The notes: a model not told the origin generated them from the sequence alone. Counted from the stretch's first letter, positions 32,216 to 43,297 are shown. The stretch is DNA of 56,348 nt from Chitinophagales bacterium (GCA_038327005.1 JBBQKO010000001.1:1-56348), one strand, 5' to 3'. Numbers and translations are program-made.

Positions 32216-32953
32216 TAAAAGTGGAATAGCCATAGAAAACGTTTCGACCCCGCTTTTGCACAAGCCCCCACTTATAACATTCGGTCATAGAATCTCCGCT
32301 GAATCGTTGAGTTAGTCTCTTATACTTGATTGCAATTTTAATGGTTTCACACAAGTAGACTCTTGAGCCAATAACTGAACAACTCGGCTAAATGGAACCG
32401 CATCCAGAGAAAGCAGCGTACTCATGCAAATTATGAACTTTCTGCCACAGCGTGGTGACCTCTTTGTAGAAAACACGGTAGTAATTTGTATTTACACCAG
32501 CGGGGTAAACCTTGTTCAAAGCAATGTATTTTTTGCCAGGTAATATCCTAAGCAAAAACGTTGCGTTACCAAACGAAAAGAGATCGCAGAAAGTGTCACT
32601 TCAAACAATCCGCTAAATATTAGCCAGGTTTATGGCGGTGGTGTAAGTTGCTTTTGATTAAGGCTGGCGTTAAGCGGGTTAGGTCCAAGGTCCCCGTCCA
32701 TGCTCATTGCTCCTGAGATTGAGTTGCTTGGAACAAGGTGAAATTTGCCACCTGGGAATAAGTGTCATTTCTGCAAAGGCATTTGCCACAAAGGCAACCG
32801 TGTCATAAAAGTCACCAATATCCCACAAAAAATTAAAGAAGCAAACCAACACCTGGCACAAAAACGCCCGCCCCAAAAAAGTAACCTCCACAACCCAAAC
32901 AATACGTTCCGACAAGGCTTAACTTTGCATCACAAAAAAAAAATATTTAAAAA

Positions 32954-33439
32954 ATGGAAAAAGCAATTCTTGCCGGTGGATGTTTCTGGGGAGTAGAAGA
33001 ACTCATTCGAAAGCTCCCTGGTATTCAGTCAACAGTAGTAGGGTACACAGGAGGCGATGTTCCCAACGCAACTTACCGCAATCATGGCACCCATGCAGAG
33101 GCCATCGAAATTATGTTTGATCCTGCTATTTTATCATACCGCTCACTGCTGGAATTTTTCTTCCAGATACACGATCCTACCACGCTCAACCGGCAGGGAA
33201 ATGACAGAGGTGCATCCTACCGTTCTGCCATCTTTTACCAAAATGAAGCGCAGCAAGAAACAGCGGCAACTTTGGTTAAAGAAATGACGGCTTCCAAAAA
33301 ATGGCCCGGGGCAATTGTAACAGCCATAATACCAGCCACTGATTTTTGGAATGCAGAAGAAGAGCACCAGGATTATCTGCAGAAAAACCCTTACGGCTAC
33401 ACCTGCCATTTCATTAGACCAGACTGGGAATTGGGGTAA
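32954..33439 (+). CDS. msrA: Peptide-methionine (S)-S-oxide reductase
   Basis: [28 protein letters not shown]; TAACTTTG promoter at 32920. Confidence 0.97.
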   Translation: MEKAILAGGCFWGVEELIRKLPGIQSTVVGYTGGDVPNATYRNHGTHAEAIEIMFDPAILSYRSLLEFFFQIHDPTTLNRQGNDRGASYRSAIFYQNEAQQETAATLVKEMTASKKWPGAIVTAIIPATDFWNAEEEHQDYLQKNPYGYTCHFIRPDWELG

Positions 33440-33478
33440 CCATTGGCTTTGCAGGCCAATTAACTTATGTAAATATTT

Positions 33479-33535
33479 GTGGGACTTTAGAGACCGCCGG
33501 GACCAACAAAGTCTCAGCCGTCCCTAAAGTTCCAC
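33479..33535. repeat. Long imperfect palindrome (REP-like)
   Basis: ~25-bp stem GTGGGACTTTAGAGACCGCCGGGAC / GTCTCAGCCGTCCCTAAAGTTCCAC with a 7-nt loop. Confidence 0.6.
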
Positions 33536-33592
33536 CTTAAGTGAACGCAAAAACCAGGGGGTAAGTTGGTTTTTAAACAATGCCTTTTATTT

Positions 33593-34018
33593 ATGAACAC
33601 CATAGAATTAGAAAAAAAAGTAAAGCAATTGGTACACTCATTAGCTTATGAAAAAGGGTTTGTTTGTTCGGTTGATGTTCTTCTGAAATTGGCTTATTTG
33701 TCAAAGGATGATTATGAATCGTGGAGATTTGGAAGGATTGATTATTTAGAAAAAGTTTGTCAGGTAAATTTGAGCAAGCTTTCCATGATCAATAAAATAA
33801 TGCGAAAAAATGCCAATGAATTAGGGTTGGAAAGTTCATGGACGGGCTATAACAAATACGGAAAAGGAGTGAGTAAAAGATTGATTTTTAGTAAATCACG
33901 GGATAGTAAGATTGAAGATGCTTATGCAACGCATTATGTAAATAAGAAACGAATGCTTGAACTGAAAAAAATTAAATCCGGAAGTAAGATTGATTCTGTA
34001 AAAGAAGGGGAGGTATAG
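33593..34018 (+). CDS. Hypothetical protein
   Basis: 141-aa basic ORF with WR.GR..YLE.V...NL.KL and L.FSKS...IE..Y.THY pattern; function not recognised. Confidence 0.7.
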   Translation: MNTIELEKKVKQLVHSLAYEKGFVCSVDVLLKLAYLSKDDYESWRFGRIDYLEKVCQVNLSKLSMINKIMRKNANELGLESSWTGYNKYGKGVSKRLIFSKSRDSKIEDAYATHYVNKKRMLELKKIKSGSKIDSVKEGEV

Positions 34019-34161
34019 TTTTTGGCGATACTTGTTTAAGACCTGCATCACTGGCTATTCATACTTTAGAGGTGCCAGGATTAGGGAATTGCAGCCATTC
34101 AATAACGACTCAATCCAGTAAGACATTAATCGTTAATGTGTGAGTTGAATGCACCTTCGAA

Positions 34162-34350
34162 CTACCGCTGCAACAATTTACCAGGCAACATAATAACCCC
34201 TTTTAGTAAACTAAAAATGCCATCAACTGCTATACCGAGTAATCTGAATGGAAGTGTAAGTATCCAAAAAATTGGATACAATATCAGTGCTAAAATTGCC
34301 AGCGGCCAGCAAAGTATAAAGAGGATGATCCAGGCGATGAATGTAACCAT
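34162..34350 (-). CDS. Small membrane protein
   Basis: 62 aa hydrophobic: CWPLA.LAL.LYP..W...LPFRL.GI. Confidence 0.7.
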   Translation of the reverse strand: MVTFIAWIILFILCWPLAILALILYPIFWILTLPFRLLGIAVDGIFSLLKGVIMLPGKLLQR

Positions 34351-34694
34351 GGTTTAAAGTTAATGTCTGAATGATCGGTGCCCCGGTGCAGTTATATGAA
34401 CGGTTACATGGTATTGAGTACGGGGATCAATTAAATAACTGTTTGGAAGGATCTTTGCCGCAGAATAGTTAACATTGAAAGGGTAAAAAAATGCCTAAAC
34501 TAAGAATATTGCAATTTCAAAAGACTACTGTGTAAAAACATCTTTCAAAAACAATCATCATACAAATTTCTCCAATCAAATAAATCCTGGTGTTAAGAGA
34601 AGTCCATTGGCAATAAAAAATACAGCCAAACGTTCACTTAGTATATTGCGTCTAATAAATCTGTGCACCCTACTTTTAAACTAAAAATTCTCCT

Positions 34695-34823
34695 GTGAAA
34701 AATTATCTGATCAAATTGTTGCCAGTGTTAATAGTATTTGTGTTGCTCTTATCCGCTTGTAGTAGTTCCCGTGAAACTACGCACCACCGGGGTGTAAATA
34801 ATAAGGCTTATAGAGGTTATTGA
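34695..34823 (+). CDS. Small lipoprotein (42 aa, absent from ORF track)
   Basis: GTG start; MKNYLIKLLPVLIVFVLLLSA-CSSSRETTHHRGVNNKAYRGY; lipobox LSAC. Confidence 0.65.
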   Translation: MKNYLIKLLPVLIVFVLLLSACSSSRETTHHRGVNNKAYRGY

Positions 34824-35231
34824 CCTTTATTTGCTTTTGTATTTACTAATAGCATAGGCTGTAGTTCACAGACCGGTCTGGGGTTTTTCCTATTACTGCT
34901 GCCACTTGTTAAGTGCAATATCAACCTTATCACCAAAGCTTTTCTGAGTATTGTGGTTTTACCCGGATTTTTAATGTGGCAATGCATAAAAAAAGATACG
35001 GTCGGTAGTGCTGCGCCTGAAAATATTTGTTTCCGTTTTTGAACTGCTTCCTAAGTAATTTGATTTAACGTTTGCTGGTAAAACAACCCTGCATCTGAAT
35101 ATACTAATCTACAGTTAATCGCATCTACAACAATCTTATTGAAATTTGATCCTTTCATGGGTATATAAAATCACTGGTATTACGCTGGTTTCCGAAAAAC
35201 ATTTTTTATCTTCCATACAAATTGAAGCAGC

Positions 35232-36956
35232 ATGAAAAACATACTTATCACTCCGATACTCCTCCTTTTTGTACTGGTTTTAATTGCAGCAGGAAAAGCT
35301 TTTTACAAACCGGTTGCGAACCAATCGGTTTTTGAAAAAAATGAGATCATTTCATGTGGCTTACCTTCAACGGAAGTTACTGCCAACGAGACTGGTAAAT
35401 TTATTCCCCTGCTGCCGGGTTGGGGACATTACAGTTATGCCATAACAACCTCCAACGACAGTACACAAATTTATTTTAACCAGGGGCTAAACTTTTATTA
35501 TAGCTACCATTTTAGGGAAGCACTTGCGTCCTTTAAAGAAGCCGCCCGTTTTGATAAAACCTGTGCCATGGCTTACTGGGGCCAGGCACTTGCCATGGGA
35601 CCTTATTACAATAATTATTCTTATAAAATGGGTGCAGGCATTCCAACTGTACTAAAAGAAATGCAACTCAACATGGCTACTGCATCTGAAAAGGAAAAGG
35701 GATTGATAAAAGCCATGCAGCAAAGATACTCTACCGATTTAAGTAATAGCGACCGCACTCAGTTAGACAGCAGTTATGCAGCCGCCATGCAGTTGCTAAT
35801 TCAACAATTTAGCAGCGATGACGACATCAAAGCGCTGTATATAGATGCTGTAATGCTGCAACACAAATGGGATTTCTGGAACAATGATGGCAGTCCGAAA
35901 AGCTGGACGCCTGAACTTGTAAACCTTTGCGAAGCCATGCTGCTACGGCAGCGCCTGCACCCGGCCGCAATGCATTATTACATTCACCTTACCGAAGCTT
36001 CGCATGAGCCACAGTTAGCACTTAGAACTGCGGAACGATTAAAAGATGCCATGCCCGGTGTGGGCCACATGGTACACATGGCTACCCACATGTACCAGCG
36101 CAACGGACTATTTGCAAAAGGGGTTACCGTAAATGAAGATGCAAACAATGTGAATAATAGCGTGGATGACCTGGCGCCTAATTTAGGTATCGGCAAAAAC
36201 AATAATGTACATGTATATGCAGTACAGTCTTATTGCGCAATCAACGCCGGTATGTACAACAAAGCAGTTCCAATGTACCTCCGTGCTAAAAACCGCATGT
36301 TGGCAATCACCAACAATATTGAGAACGATCCGCATAGCCAGGGTGTGTTTATGCTGCCGGTAATGGCCATGGTAAGAATGGGGAAATGGCAGGAAATATT
36401 GGCAACTTCTGCGCCGGATGAGCGCTGGAAATATGCCACCATACTGGATTGTTTTGCAAAAGGACTTGCACAAATTCATTTTAAAAATGGATTGGCTGCC
36501 AATCAATTGCTGACCAAGCTGGAATCTATAATGGTCGATAGCTCACTTGCAGTTCGGTCGATGCCGTTTAATGCACCGGTACAAATGGCGGGAATAGCTG
36601 CAGGTATATTAAAAGGTCAACTGTATTATGCAGAAGGAAAAAAAGAAGAAGCCATTGCGGCATTTAAAATAGCAATTGAGGAGGAGGATAAGCTCATTTA
36701 CAGGGAGCCGCAGGAATGGCTGCTACCGGCCAGACAATACCTGGGTGCCTTACTTTTAAAAATGAAACAACCAGCCCTGGCAAATAAAGTGTACCGGGAG
36801 GATTTGCTTGCCAACCCCAACAATGGCTGGTCTTTACTTGGACTGCACCAAAGCCTGCTGGCAGCCGGTAAAAAAGGCGAAGCTGCACTTTATAAAGAAA
36901 GTTATATGACGGCCTTTAAGGATGCAGATAATATGCCGGTTGCTTCTGTTTATTAA
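35232..36956 (+). CDS. Exported TPR-repeat protein
   Basis: Signal peptide, YFNQGL, CAMAYWG.ALA.GP, HYYIH..E, H.VHM..H, P.NGWSL.GL. Confidence 0.8.
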   Translation: MKNILITPILLLFVLVLIAAGKAFYKPVANQSVFEKNEIISCGLPSTEVTANETGKFIPLLPGWGHYSYAITTSNDSTQIYFNQGLNFYYSYHFREALASFKEAARFDKTCAMAYWGQALAMGPYYNNYSYKMGAGIPTVLKEMQLNMATASEKEKGLIKAMQQRYSTDLSNSDRTQLDSSYAAAMQLLIQQFSSDDDIKALYIDAVMLQHKWDFWNNDGSPKSWTPELVNLCEAMLLRQRLHPAAMHYYIHLTEASHEPQLALRTAERLKDAMPGVGHMVHMATHMYQRNGLFAKGVTVNEDANNVNNSVDDLAPNLGIGKNNNVHVYAVQSYCAINAGMYNKAVPMYLRAKNRMLAITNNIENDPHSQGVFMLPVMAMVRMGKWQEILATSAPDERWKYATILDCFAKGLAQIHFKNGLAANQLLTKLESIMVDSSLAVRSMPFNAPVQMAGIAAGILKGQLYYAEGKKEEAIAAFKIAIEEEDKLIYREPQEWLLPARQYLGALLLKMKQPALANKVYREDLLANPNNGWSLLGLHQSLLAAGKKGEAALYKESYMTAFKDADNMPVASVY

Positions 36957-37326
36957 TTTTTATTCGGGGATGGCACCACTAACAGATGTAAGGAGCCACT
37001 TCAATTTGTTATTACTTATTAAAAGTATACACCAGCAACCCGATGATAATATCTGCAATGACAGCCATTGTAAACTTTGGTGTCAAATACCCGTTTTTGA
37101 TAATCAATTTTTCTAGTTTGGGCGTCCATTATAAAATTTTATTTTTCGGCAGGTTTTACACTCGGGCTATGATATTGCTCTCCTTCAGAGTTTGGTTAAG
37201 CGATACCAGTACGATATTTGGCAGCTGTTTAAGGAGTGTACAACAACCGTCGATAAATAATTTGAACGACTGTTTATTTTTATAATCCTCCGCCGAATGT
37301 TTTATATTTATACCATAACATTCATT

Positions 37327-39036
37327 ATGAGAAAAAGCTACATCATCTTATTCCTGCTGTTGATTTGTATGCATGCAGGCGCACAAAGTTTCCGTATCAA
37401 CATTACTCCCGGTTTACAACAAACAGCCCTTGATGGCAGACTGCTGTTGCTCGTATCGTCCAATAATCTAAAGGAACCACGGTTTCAGATAAGCGATGCT
37501 GCCAACACGCAAATGGTATTTGGAAAGGACGTAGACAACTGGCAGCCTGGCGAATCGCAGCTAATAAGTGTGGATGCATTTGGCTACCCGGTAGAGCGCT
37601 TGCATGATATACCGGCAGGTGATTATTATGTGCAGGTGCTGCTGCATAAATATGAAACCTTTCATTTAAAAACCGGCCATACCGTCAAGCTGCCGATGGA
37701 TCGTGGCGAAGGACAGCATTGGAATGAAGCGCCCGGAAATATTTACTCAACACCGGTTAAGATACATTTTGACCCATTCAGCTCCAATGAAATATCCCTG
37801 ACGATAGGCAATGAAATTCAACCTATCAAAGAACCGGAAGACACCAAGTATATTAAACATATAAAAATTCAAAGCAAGCTGCTGACTGAGTTTTGGGGAA
37901 GGCCAATGTTTCTCGGCGCCCATATACTTTTACCCGAAGGTTTTGATGAACATCCGGCAGTAAAATATCCGCTGGCAGTTTTTCACGGACATTTTCCTGA
38001 AACCTTTGAAGGCTTTCGCACCACGCCACCAGATGCAAACCTGGTGCCCGATACCAGCGATCGGTTTCACATAACCGGTTACAATATAATTCAGCAACAG
38101 GAGCAATATAGTTTTTACAAGCAGTGGACAGGGCCTGGCTTTCCGAGGGTTCTGGCCATTGAAATACAACATGCCAATCCATATTACGATGATTCTTATG
38201 CTGTGAACTCGGCTAATCTCGGACCTTATGGTGATGCCATTACCTACGAACTGATTCCTGAAATTGAAAAACGTTTCCGTGGCATTGGTCAGGGCTGGGC
38301 GAGGTTTATGTATGGTGGCTCTACCGGTGGATGGGAGGCTTTGGCAGCGCAGGTTTTTTATCCTGATCAGTTCAATGGTTGTTATGCTGCTTGTCCGGAC
38401 CCGATTGATTTTCATCATTACACCACTGTTGATATTTACAATGATAAGAACGCTTATTATGTAGGAAGTGATTTTAAAAAACTGCAACGTCCCGGCCACA
38501 GAGATTATCTTGGTCATGTGAGTGCTACGGTAAAAGAAATGAACCAGCGGGAACTGGCACTAGGTACACGCAGCAGAAGTGGTGATCAGTTTGATATTTG
38601 GGAGGCCGTTTTTTCGCCGATGGATTCAGATGGTTATCCCAGGCGCATCTATGATAAATATACCGGTGCCATTGATACTGCGGTGGCGAGGCACTGGCGT
38701 GACAATTATGATCTTACCAATATCATTAAAAGAGACTGGCCAACAATTGGTGAAAAGTTAAAAGGAAAAATTCATGTATATGTGGGAGATATGGATAATT
38801 ATTATTTGAACAATGCAGTGTATGCTGCCGAAGATATGATGAAACAGTTGAGTAACCCTGCCTGTAACTGTGAAGTAGCGTATGGCGACCGTGCAGAGCA
38901 TTGCTGGAATGGCGACCCTACACAGCCCAACTATATTTCAAGAATGCGGTACAACCAGATGTTTATAAAAAAATGGGTAGAAGAAGTGAAAAAAAGATCA
39001 CCCAAAGGAGCTGTTCTAAATTCGTGGATGTACTGA
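37327..39036 (+). CDS. Exported alpha/beta-hydrolase (esterase family)
   Basis: Signal peptide, GGSTGG nucleophile elbow, GD.DNYYL, EH. Confidence 0.8.
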   Translation: MRKSYIILFLLLICMHAGAQSFRINITPGLQQTALDGRLLLLVSSNNLKEPRFQISDAANTQMVFGKDVDNWQPGESQLISVDAFGYPVERLHDIPAGDYYVQVLLHKYETFHLKTGHTVKLPMDRGEGQHWNEAPGNIYSTPVKIHFDPFSSNEISLTIGNEIQPIKEPEDTKYIKHIKIQSKLLTEFWGRPMFLGAHILLPEGFDEHPAVKYPLAVFHGHFPETFEGFRTTPPDANLVPDTSDRFHITGYNIIQQQEQYSFYKQWTGPGFPRVLAIEIQHANPYYDDSYAVNSANLGPYGDAITYELIPEIEKRFRGIGQGWARFMYGGSTGGWEALAAQVFYPDQFNGCYAACPDPIDFHHYTTVDIYNDKNAYYVGSDFKKLQRPGHRDYLGHVSATVKEMNQRELALGTRSRSGDQFDIWEAVFSPMDSDGYPRRIYDKYTGAIDTAVARHWRDNYDLTNIIKRDWPTIGEKLKGKIHVYVGDMDNYYLNNAVYAAEDMMKQLSNPACNCEVAYGDRAEHCWNGDPTQPNYISRMRYNQMFIKKWVEEVKKRSPKGAVLNSWMY

Positions 39037-39286
39037 TAAAAAGAGTTCGCTTTCAGCAGATCTTTTTTTAACGGGTAACCTTCTTATTGTTGGTACCTGA
39101 TTGCATAATTGATATGATTCAACCCTATGTATTTTATTTTGGAAAAGATGCAATGGCTTAATTATTCCGGTTAAAGTTTTGCAGGATTGATGAACAGGGC
39201 TTTCTATATCAACCCGGATGATTCTTTAAAAAGGCAAGTCATTTCATCCCGGCGTTGATCTTTAAGAAGGCCGTCAAGAAAAATAA

Positions 39287-39455
39287 TTAGTTTTCTCTTG
39301 TCCACTCTTCGTGAATGGGATCTCCTTTAGAACTGGCTCCCTTATGTGTCCACACTTTATCATTGATGCTGCCATCAAAACTAAGTGATGCGCCTACCCG
39401 GCTACTGTCTCTCGAAAAGAACTCAATATGCTCTGTGTATTTAAAATAAAGTGGA
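39287..39455 (-). pseudogene. 3' remnant of a conserved Bacteroidota secreted protein
   Basis: KYTEHIEFFSRDSSRVGASLSF...W.H.G.SSKGDPI.E.W resembles the C-terminus of a larger protein; N-terminus missing. Confidence 0.5.
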
Positions 39456-39595
39456 AATTTCAGTATGGGAAGTTTCATCACGAATTTTTATAAATGAAAG
39501 TCTGATATTTGTGTATGAAGTTGTGACCGTACCAGCTTTGATGGGCATTGCAGAAAGCCGATAAAATTAAATAAACTCAAAATAACAATTTAACC

Positions 39596-40288
39596 ATGTC
39601 AGAAACAATTGTCGCTTTACTTTCCCTCATTGCTTTGGAAGTAATATTAGGTATTGACAATATCATCTTTATATCGATCCTGTCCGATAAGTTACCCGGA
39701 AAAGAACGCAACAAACTCCGCTACTGGGGCATTGGACTGGCAATGGTCATGCGGTTGTTATTGCTTGCAGTGTTGTCATGGATATTAAAACTTGATCAAA
39801 CGTTGTTTACATTATTTACTATTTCATTCTCTGGAAAGGGGTTGATATTGATTGTAGGTGGGTTATTTTTATTGTACAAAAGTACCCGGGAAATCTATCA
39901 CAATTCGGAAATTGCTGCGGAACAAGTACCTTCTGTTCCGGCAAAAGCCAGCTTTGGAAAATTATTGGGTGAGGTAATTGTATTGGATCTTGTTTTCTCA
40001 ATAGATTCTATCATTACTGCGGTAGGCATGGTGAATGAATTATGGGTGATGTACACAGCAGTGATCGTAACCGTCATCATTATGCTCATCGCTTCAAGGC
40101 CAATCAGTGATTTTATTCACAAACATCCCTCGTTTAAAATTCTGGCACTGTGTTTCTTGATGATGATTGGGGTATCACTGCTTGCAGAAGGTTTACAATT
40201 CAAAATCCCAAAAGGATATATTTATTTTTCTATGGCCTTTGCATTTTTGGTAGATGTGATACAGATTAAAACCGTGAAGCCGAAATAA
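39596..40288 (+). CDS. TerC family membrane protein
   Basis: LE.ILGIDNI, DLVFSIDSIITAVG, PKGYIYF.MAF. Confidence 0.93.
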   Translation: MSETIVALLSLIALEVILGIDNIIFISILSDKLPGKERNKLRYWGIGLAMVMRLLLLAVLSWILKLDQTLFTLFTISFSGKGLILIVGGLFLLYKSTREIYHNSEIAAEQVPSVPAKASFGKLLGEVIVLDLVFSIDSIITAVGMVNELWVMYTAVIVTVIIMLIASRPISDFIHKHPSFKILALCFLMMIGVSLLAEGLQFKIPKGYIYFSMAFAFLVDVIQIKTVKPK

Positions 40289-40356
40289 ATAGCAGATCAC
40301 CAACGCAATTTTACGGGCGGTAGCATGGTGACCGCTATGGTATATTGATCATAAAA

Positions 40357-40392
40357 AAACCTCTTTGTTTTGTATTTAAAACAAAGAGGTTT
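40357..40392. terminator. Hairpin/terminator between convergent genes
   Basis: AAACCTCTTTGTTTT-GTATTT-AAAACAAAGAGGTTT. Confidence 0.65.
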
Positions 40393-40568
40393 AACATCAT
40401 GACCTCTAATACAAACTACAAATAATTATTCCGCCTGATTTCGGTGTTCTTTGTCGGTCAACCATATTACATAAGTTAAAATGCCAGGTTGCATCCCTGA
40501 TGTAAGTGTCTAATTTCAAACATATTTTCAAACCTAATCATACTGTCTGCAATACTTGATGTAATAAT

Positions 40569-41183
40569 TTAAGCCCGTGGTGCAGAAACCGGTGGCGCCG
40601 CTTGCGGAACCACATTTTTACCCGGCCTGGTTGTTTTTAAATACGTAAAAATAGCTTTCAGTTCATCATCCGTCATGTGTTGAAACACCTTCCACGGCAT
40701 TGGAGGTAATAGCGCTCTCGAACTGGCCAATCCTTTATATTTTCCATTTCTCAACGCATAAATAAATTGTTCTTCTTTCCAGTTGCCAATTCCGGTTGAG
40801 TCTGAAGTTAAGTTGCCAGCATAGGAGATACCCCATGGTCCAACCCAGGCAGTTAATGTATTTGTTACTGATAATCCTTTGCTTTCCATTTCTTGTCTGT
40901 TTACATCGGGAGGGGGCATCTGTGCAGGGTGACCGGATAAAAACAAACTACTGTCAATCTCCGGGCCATGGTCGGTCATCTTTTTGGGTGAATGACAATC
41001 ATTACAACCGCCGATGGTAACCAGGTGTTCGCCCCATTTTGCCTGGCTGTCAAAGCCATTGAAGGATGGGGTTGTAGATACTGATAAAGCAGAGTGTCCT
41101 TCAGCCGTTTTTTGATTGCATTGCGAAAGCAGCAGGGCGCTTGCCAACACTGCCAACGAAATACCTGTTGAGAAAATTTTCAT
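40569..41183 (-). CDS. c-type cytochrome, probable lipoprotein
   Basis: Single CNDCH heme motif, GPWG.SYA.NLT.D.TGIG.W, PPMPW distal Met. Confidence 0.85.
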   Translation of the reverse strand: MKIFSTGISLAVLASALLLSQCNQKTAEGHSALSVSTTPSFNGFDSQAKWGEHLVTIGGCNDCHSPKKMTDHGPEIDSSLFLSGHPAQMPPPDVNRQEMESKGLSVTNTLTAWVGPWGISYAGNLTSDSTGIGNWKEEQFIYALRNGKYKGLASSRALLPPMPWKVFQHMTDDELKAIFTYLKTTRPGKNVVPQAAPPVSAPRA

Positions 41184-41910
41184 TGCAAATTTGTTTTAGA
41201 GTCATTAAGAGTTATTATAATCTATTGAATATATAATAAATATTTAATAGTTGTAACAGGTAATTTAGTCACTCGTTAAAGCAAGATATTTTTAGTCGTT
41301 GTCACCAGCCCGCAAGCCTATTAACCGTAAAAAAATGTGCCTATATTATAAACCGGGTAGTGTACGCAGGAGAAGCGAAAACCTTTTAAATGGAGTGCAA
41401 GAGTGCTGGACTAACATACCTTGTATTTACAAAAAAGCCTGCCGGGGTTAAATGGTTTCTGCTTTACCAACCTCAAAAAAGTGAGCCGATTTTATAAGCC
41501 TTACTCTATTTTGAAACCTGGCTGTTGTTATCGTACCAAATATCTACTGCTAATTTTCTATCTCAAAATATCGCTAGTACTGTGTAAAGAATAAATTGAC
41601 GGTTCGATTTGTGATCCAATAGCTCGGATGGTCAATTGTGAATGGTGAAATGATGACCACCTGATCTATCGGGGTACACTTAACTTAACACTGGTAAATA
41701 TTTGCAACGTTGGTAAAAGCATAATTGAAAATGGATTCGGAGGCACCAGGTTTACTCAACTTGTTTTTTGTTAAACAGATTTAAATTAATTGCAGAACGG
41801 GTGTTTTACTTCGGAAATATGGCAGCACTTTATGATATCAAATCAATTTTTATAAAAAATAATTTCTTTTAAAATGCAAGACGGTAAAGGTGTTCATTTT
41901 TTGAGACCCT

Positions 41911-42207
41911 TTATAAATGTCTCAAAAAATGATATGAGGCGTTCGGTTCTATTGGAGATGCTATTCTTGCAGCTCTATTAAAAGTGAATTTTGAATTAAA
42001 GTCGCAATCGTATGCAATTCCTAAAAGGGTTTGTGTTTTTTGTTCGCCTGTCTGCAACTTTTCTTTCACTGCTTCTATGCGATAATGGTTTATAAAATCA
42101 TTTAAGCTTATTTCAAAACCCTGGTTGATAGCTTTGGAAAGTATGCTGGCATTGGTTTGAAACTGTTTTGCCAATTGTGTTAGTGACAATTCAGGATCTT
42201 CATACAA
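41911..42207 (-). pseudogene. AraC-family regulator, HTH fragment only
   Basis: YEDPELSL..LA, DFIN.YRI, IAYDC.FNSK.TFNRA; sensor domain missing, tail altered. Confidence 0.75.
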
Positions 42208-42350
42208 TTGTGTCTTGTATCAATGTGAGTTTTATAATTCGTATCGTAAAATAAATAGTAAGCCAATTTAAAGTTAGCACAGCACTAGCTGCAATGAAGT
42301 CATTTTTTAGGGTAACGTTGCGGTACTTTAAACAGTTTTTGTTTTAAACA

Positions 42351-43283
42351 TTATTTATCATATTGCTCAATCCACGAAAAGTTTTTTTGATAAATCGCCT
42401 CCTTATTTTTTTGAATAAAAATCAGGAACGCCTTTGCCACTTCAGACATTTTTTTTTGCTTCAACCATATCAGTCTCCAGTTTTCTATTAGTGGTAAACC
42501 CTTTACACGAATAATTTTTATATCCTTTTGTTTTAATTCATTTTTAATACTTAAAATAGACTGAATAGAAAATCCAAGGTCTGCCATCACAGCTTGTTTT
42601 ACTGCTTCACTTGAAGTTAATTCCAGCTTTACATGCGGAACAATATTGGCTTTCTCAAAATAGCGCTGCATGGTAACCCTTGTTCCAGAGCCTTCTTCCC
42701 GGTAAATAAGGGGTATGCTATCGAATACAGCTTTACTTGATTGTTGAGTAATTTTAATTTCCGTATCAGCAGCGCAGGTTAAGAATAATTTATTGGCTAC
42801 TAAAATTTCCTGTTCAATATTCAATGTCTCAGGCAGTACGGATACCAACGAGAAATCAACTTCATTGTGTTCCAGACTTTTGATAACTTTTGTTTTGTTG
42901 GTCACATCCATCAATAGGTCTATGCTCGGGTTGGCCTTTAAAAAATCTTTCAGATAATAAGGCATCACATATTTGCCGGTAGATACCACCGATAATTTAA
43001 GTCTTCCTGAAAGTATTCCTTTAAAACTTTGTGTTTGGTAATTAATAGAGGCTACTTCTTTTAAAATCCTATCTGCAATCTGGTACAATTCCCTGCCAAA
43101 ATCAGTAATGTATAATTTTCTGCCTACGATCTCTATTAATGCTATATCAAACTGTGCCTGCAGGTTTTTGATTTGTATAGATACAGCAGGTTGTGTCATG
43201 TGCAATTCTTCCGATGCCTTGGTAATGCTTTGGTTTTGCACCACCAGCATAAAAACTTTAAGTTGCTGCAAGGTGAAATTCAT
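42351..43283 (-). CDS. LysR-family regulator (CbbR/CmpR-like)
   Basis: TL.QL..F, SITKASEELHMTQPAVSIQ, VSTGKY..P, REEGSGTR, EAVKQAV.A.LG. Confidence 0.9.
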   Translation of the reverse strand: MNFTLQQLKVFMLVVQNQSITKASEELHMTQPAVSIQIKNLQAQFDIALIEIVGRKLYITDFGRELYQIADRILKEVASINYQTQSFKGILSGRLKLSVVSTGKYVMPYYLKDFLKANPSIDLLMDVTNKTKVIKSLEHNEVDFSLVSVLPETLNIEQEILVANKLFLTCAADTEIKITQQSSKAVFDSIPLIYREEGSGTRVTMQRYFEKANIVPHVKLELTSSEAVKQAVMADLGFSIQSILSIKNELKQKDIKIIRVKGLPLIENWRLIWLKQKKMSEVAKAFLIFIQKNKEAIYQKNFSWIEQYDK

Positions 43284-43297
43284 AAAAATAGTTTATG
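43281..43297. promoter_or_regulatory. Candidate LysR recognition site
   Basis: CATAAAAATAGTTTATG dyad overlapping the lysR start in the divergent lysR-icd gap. Confidence 0.45.

Noticed and set aside
32387-32640. Eroded DoxX- or SMR-like gene on the minus strand (TWLIFSGLFEV..., KVYPAG...)
   Set aside because: Similarity too weak and fragmented to support without a search
37930-38517. Long antisense ORF (195 aa) and similar shadow ORFs inside katE, icd, moxR and the ABC gene
   Set aside because: Fully overlap well-supported genes and show no recognisable motifs
39485-39595. yybP-ykoY riboswitch upstream of terC-family gene
   Set aside because: Conserved GGGGAGUAGC / GAGACC elements not found
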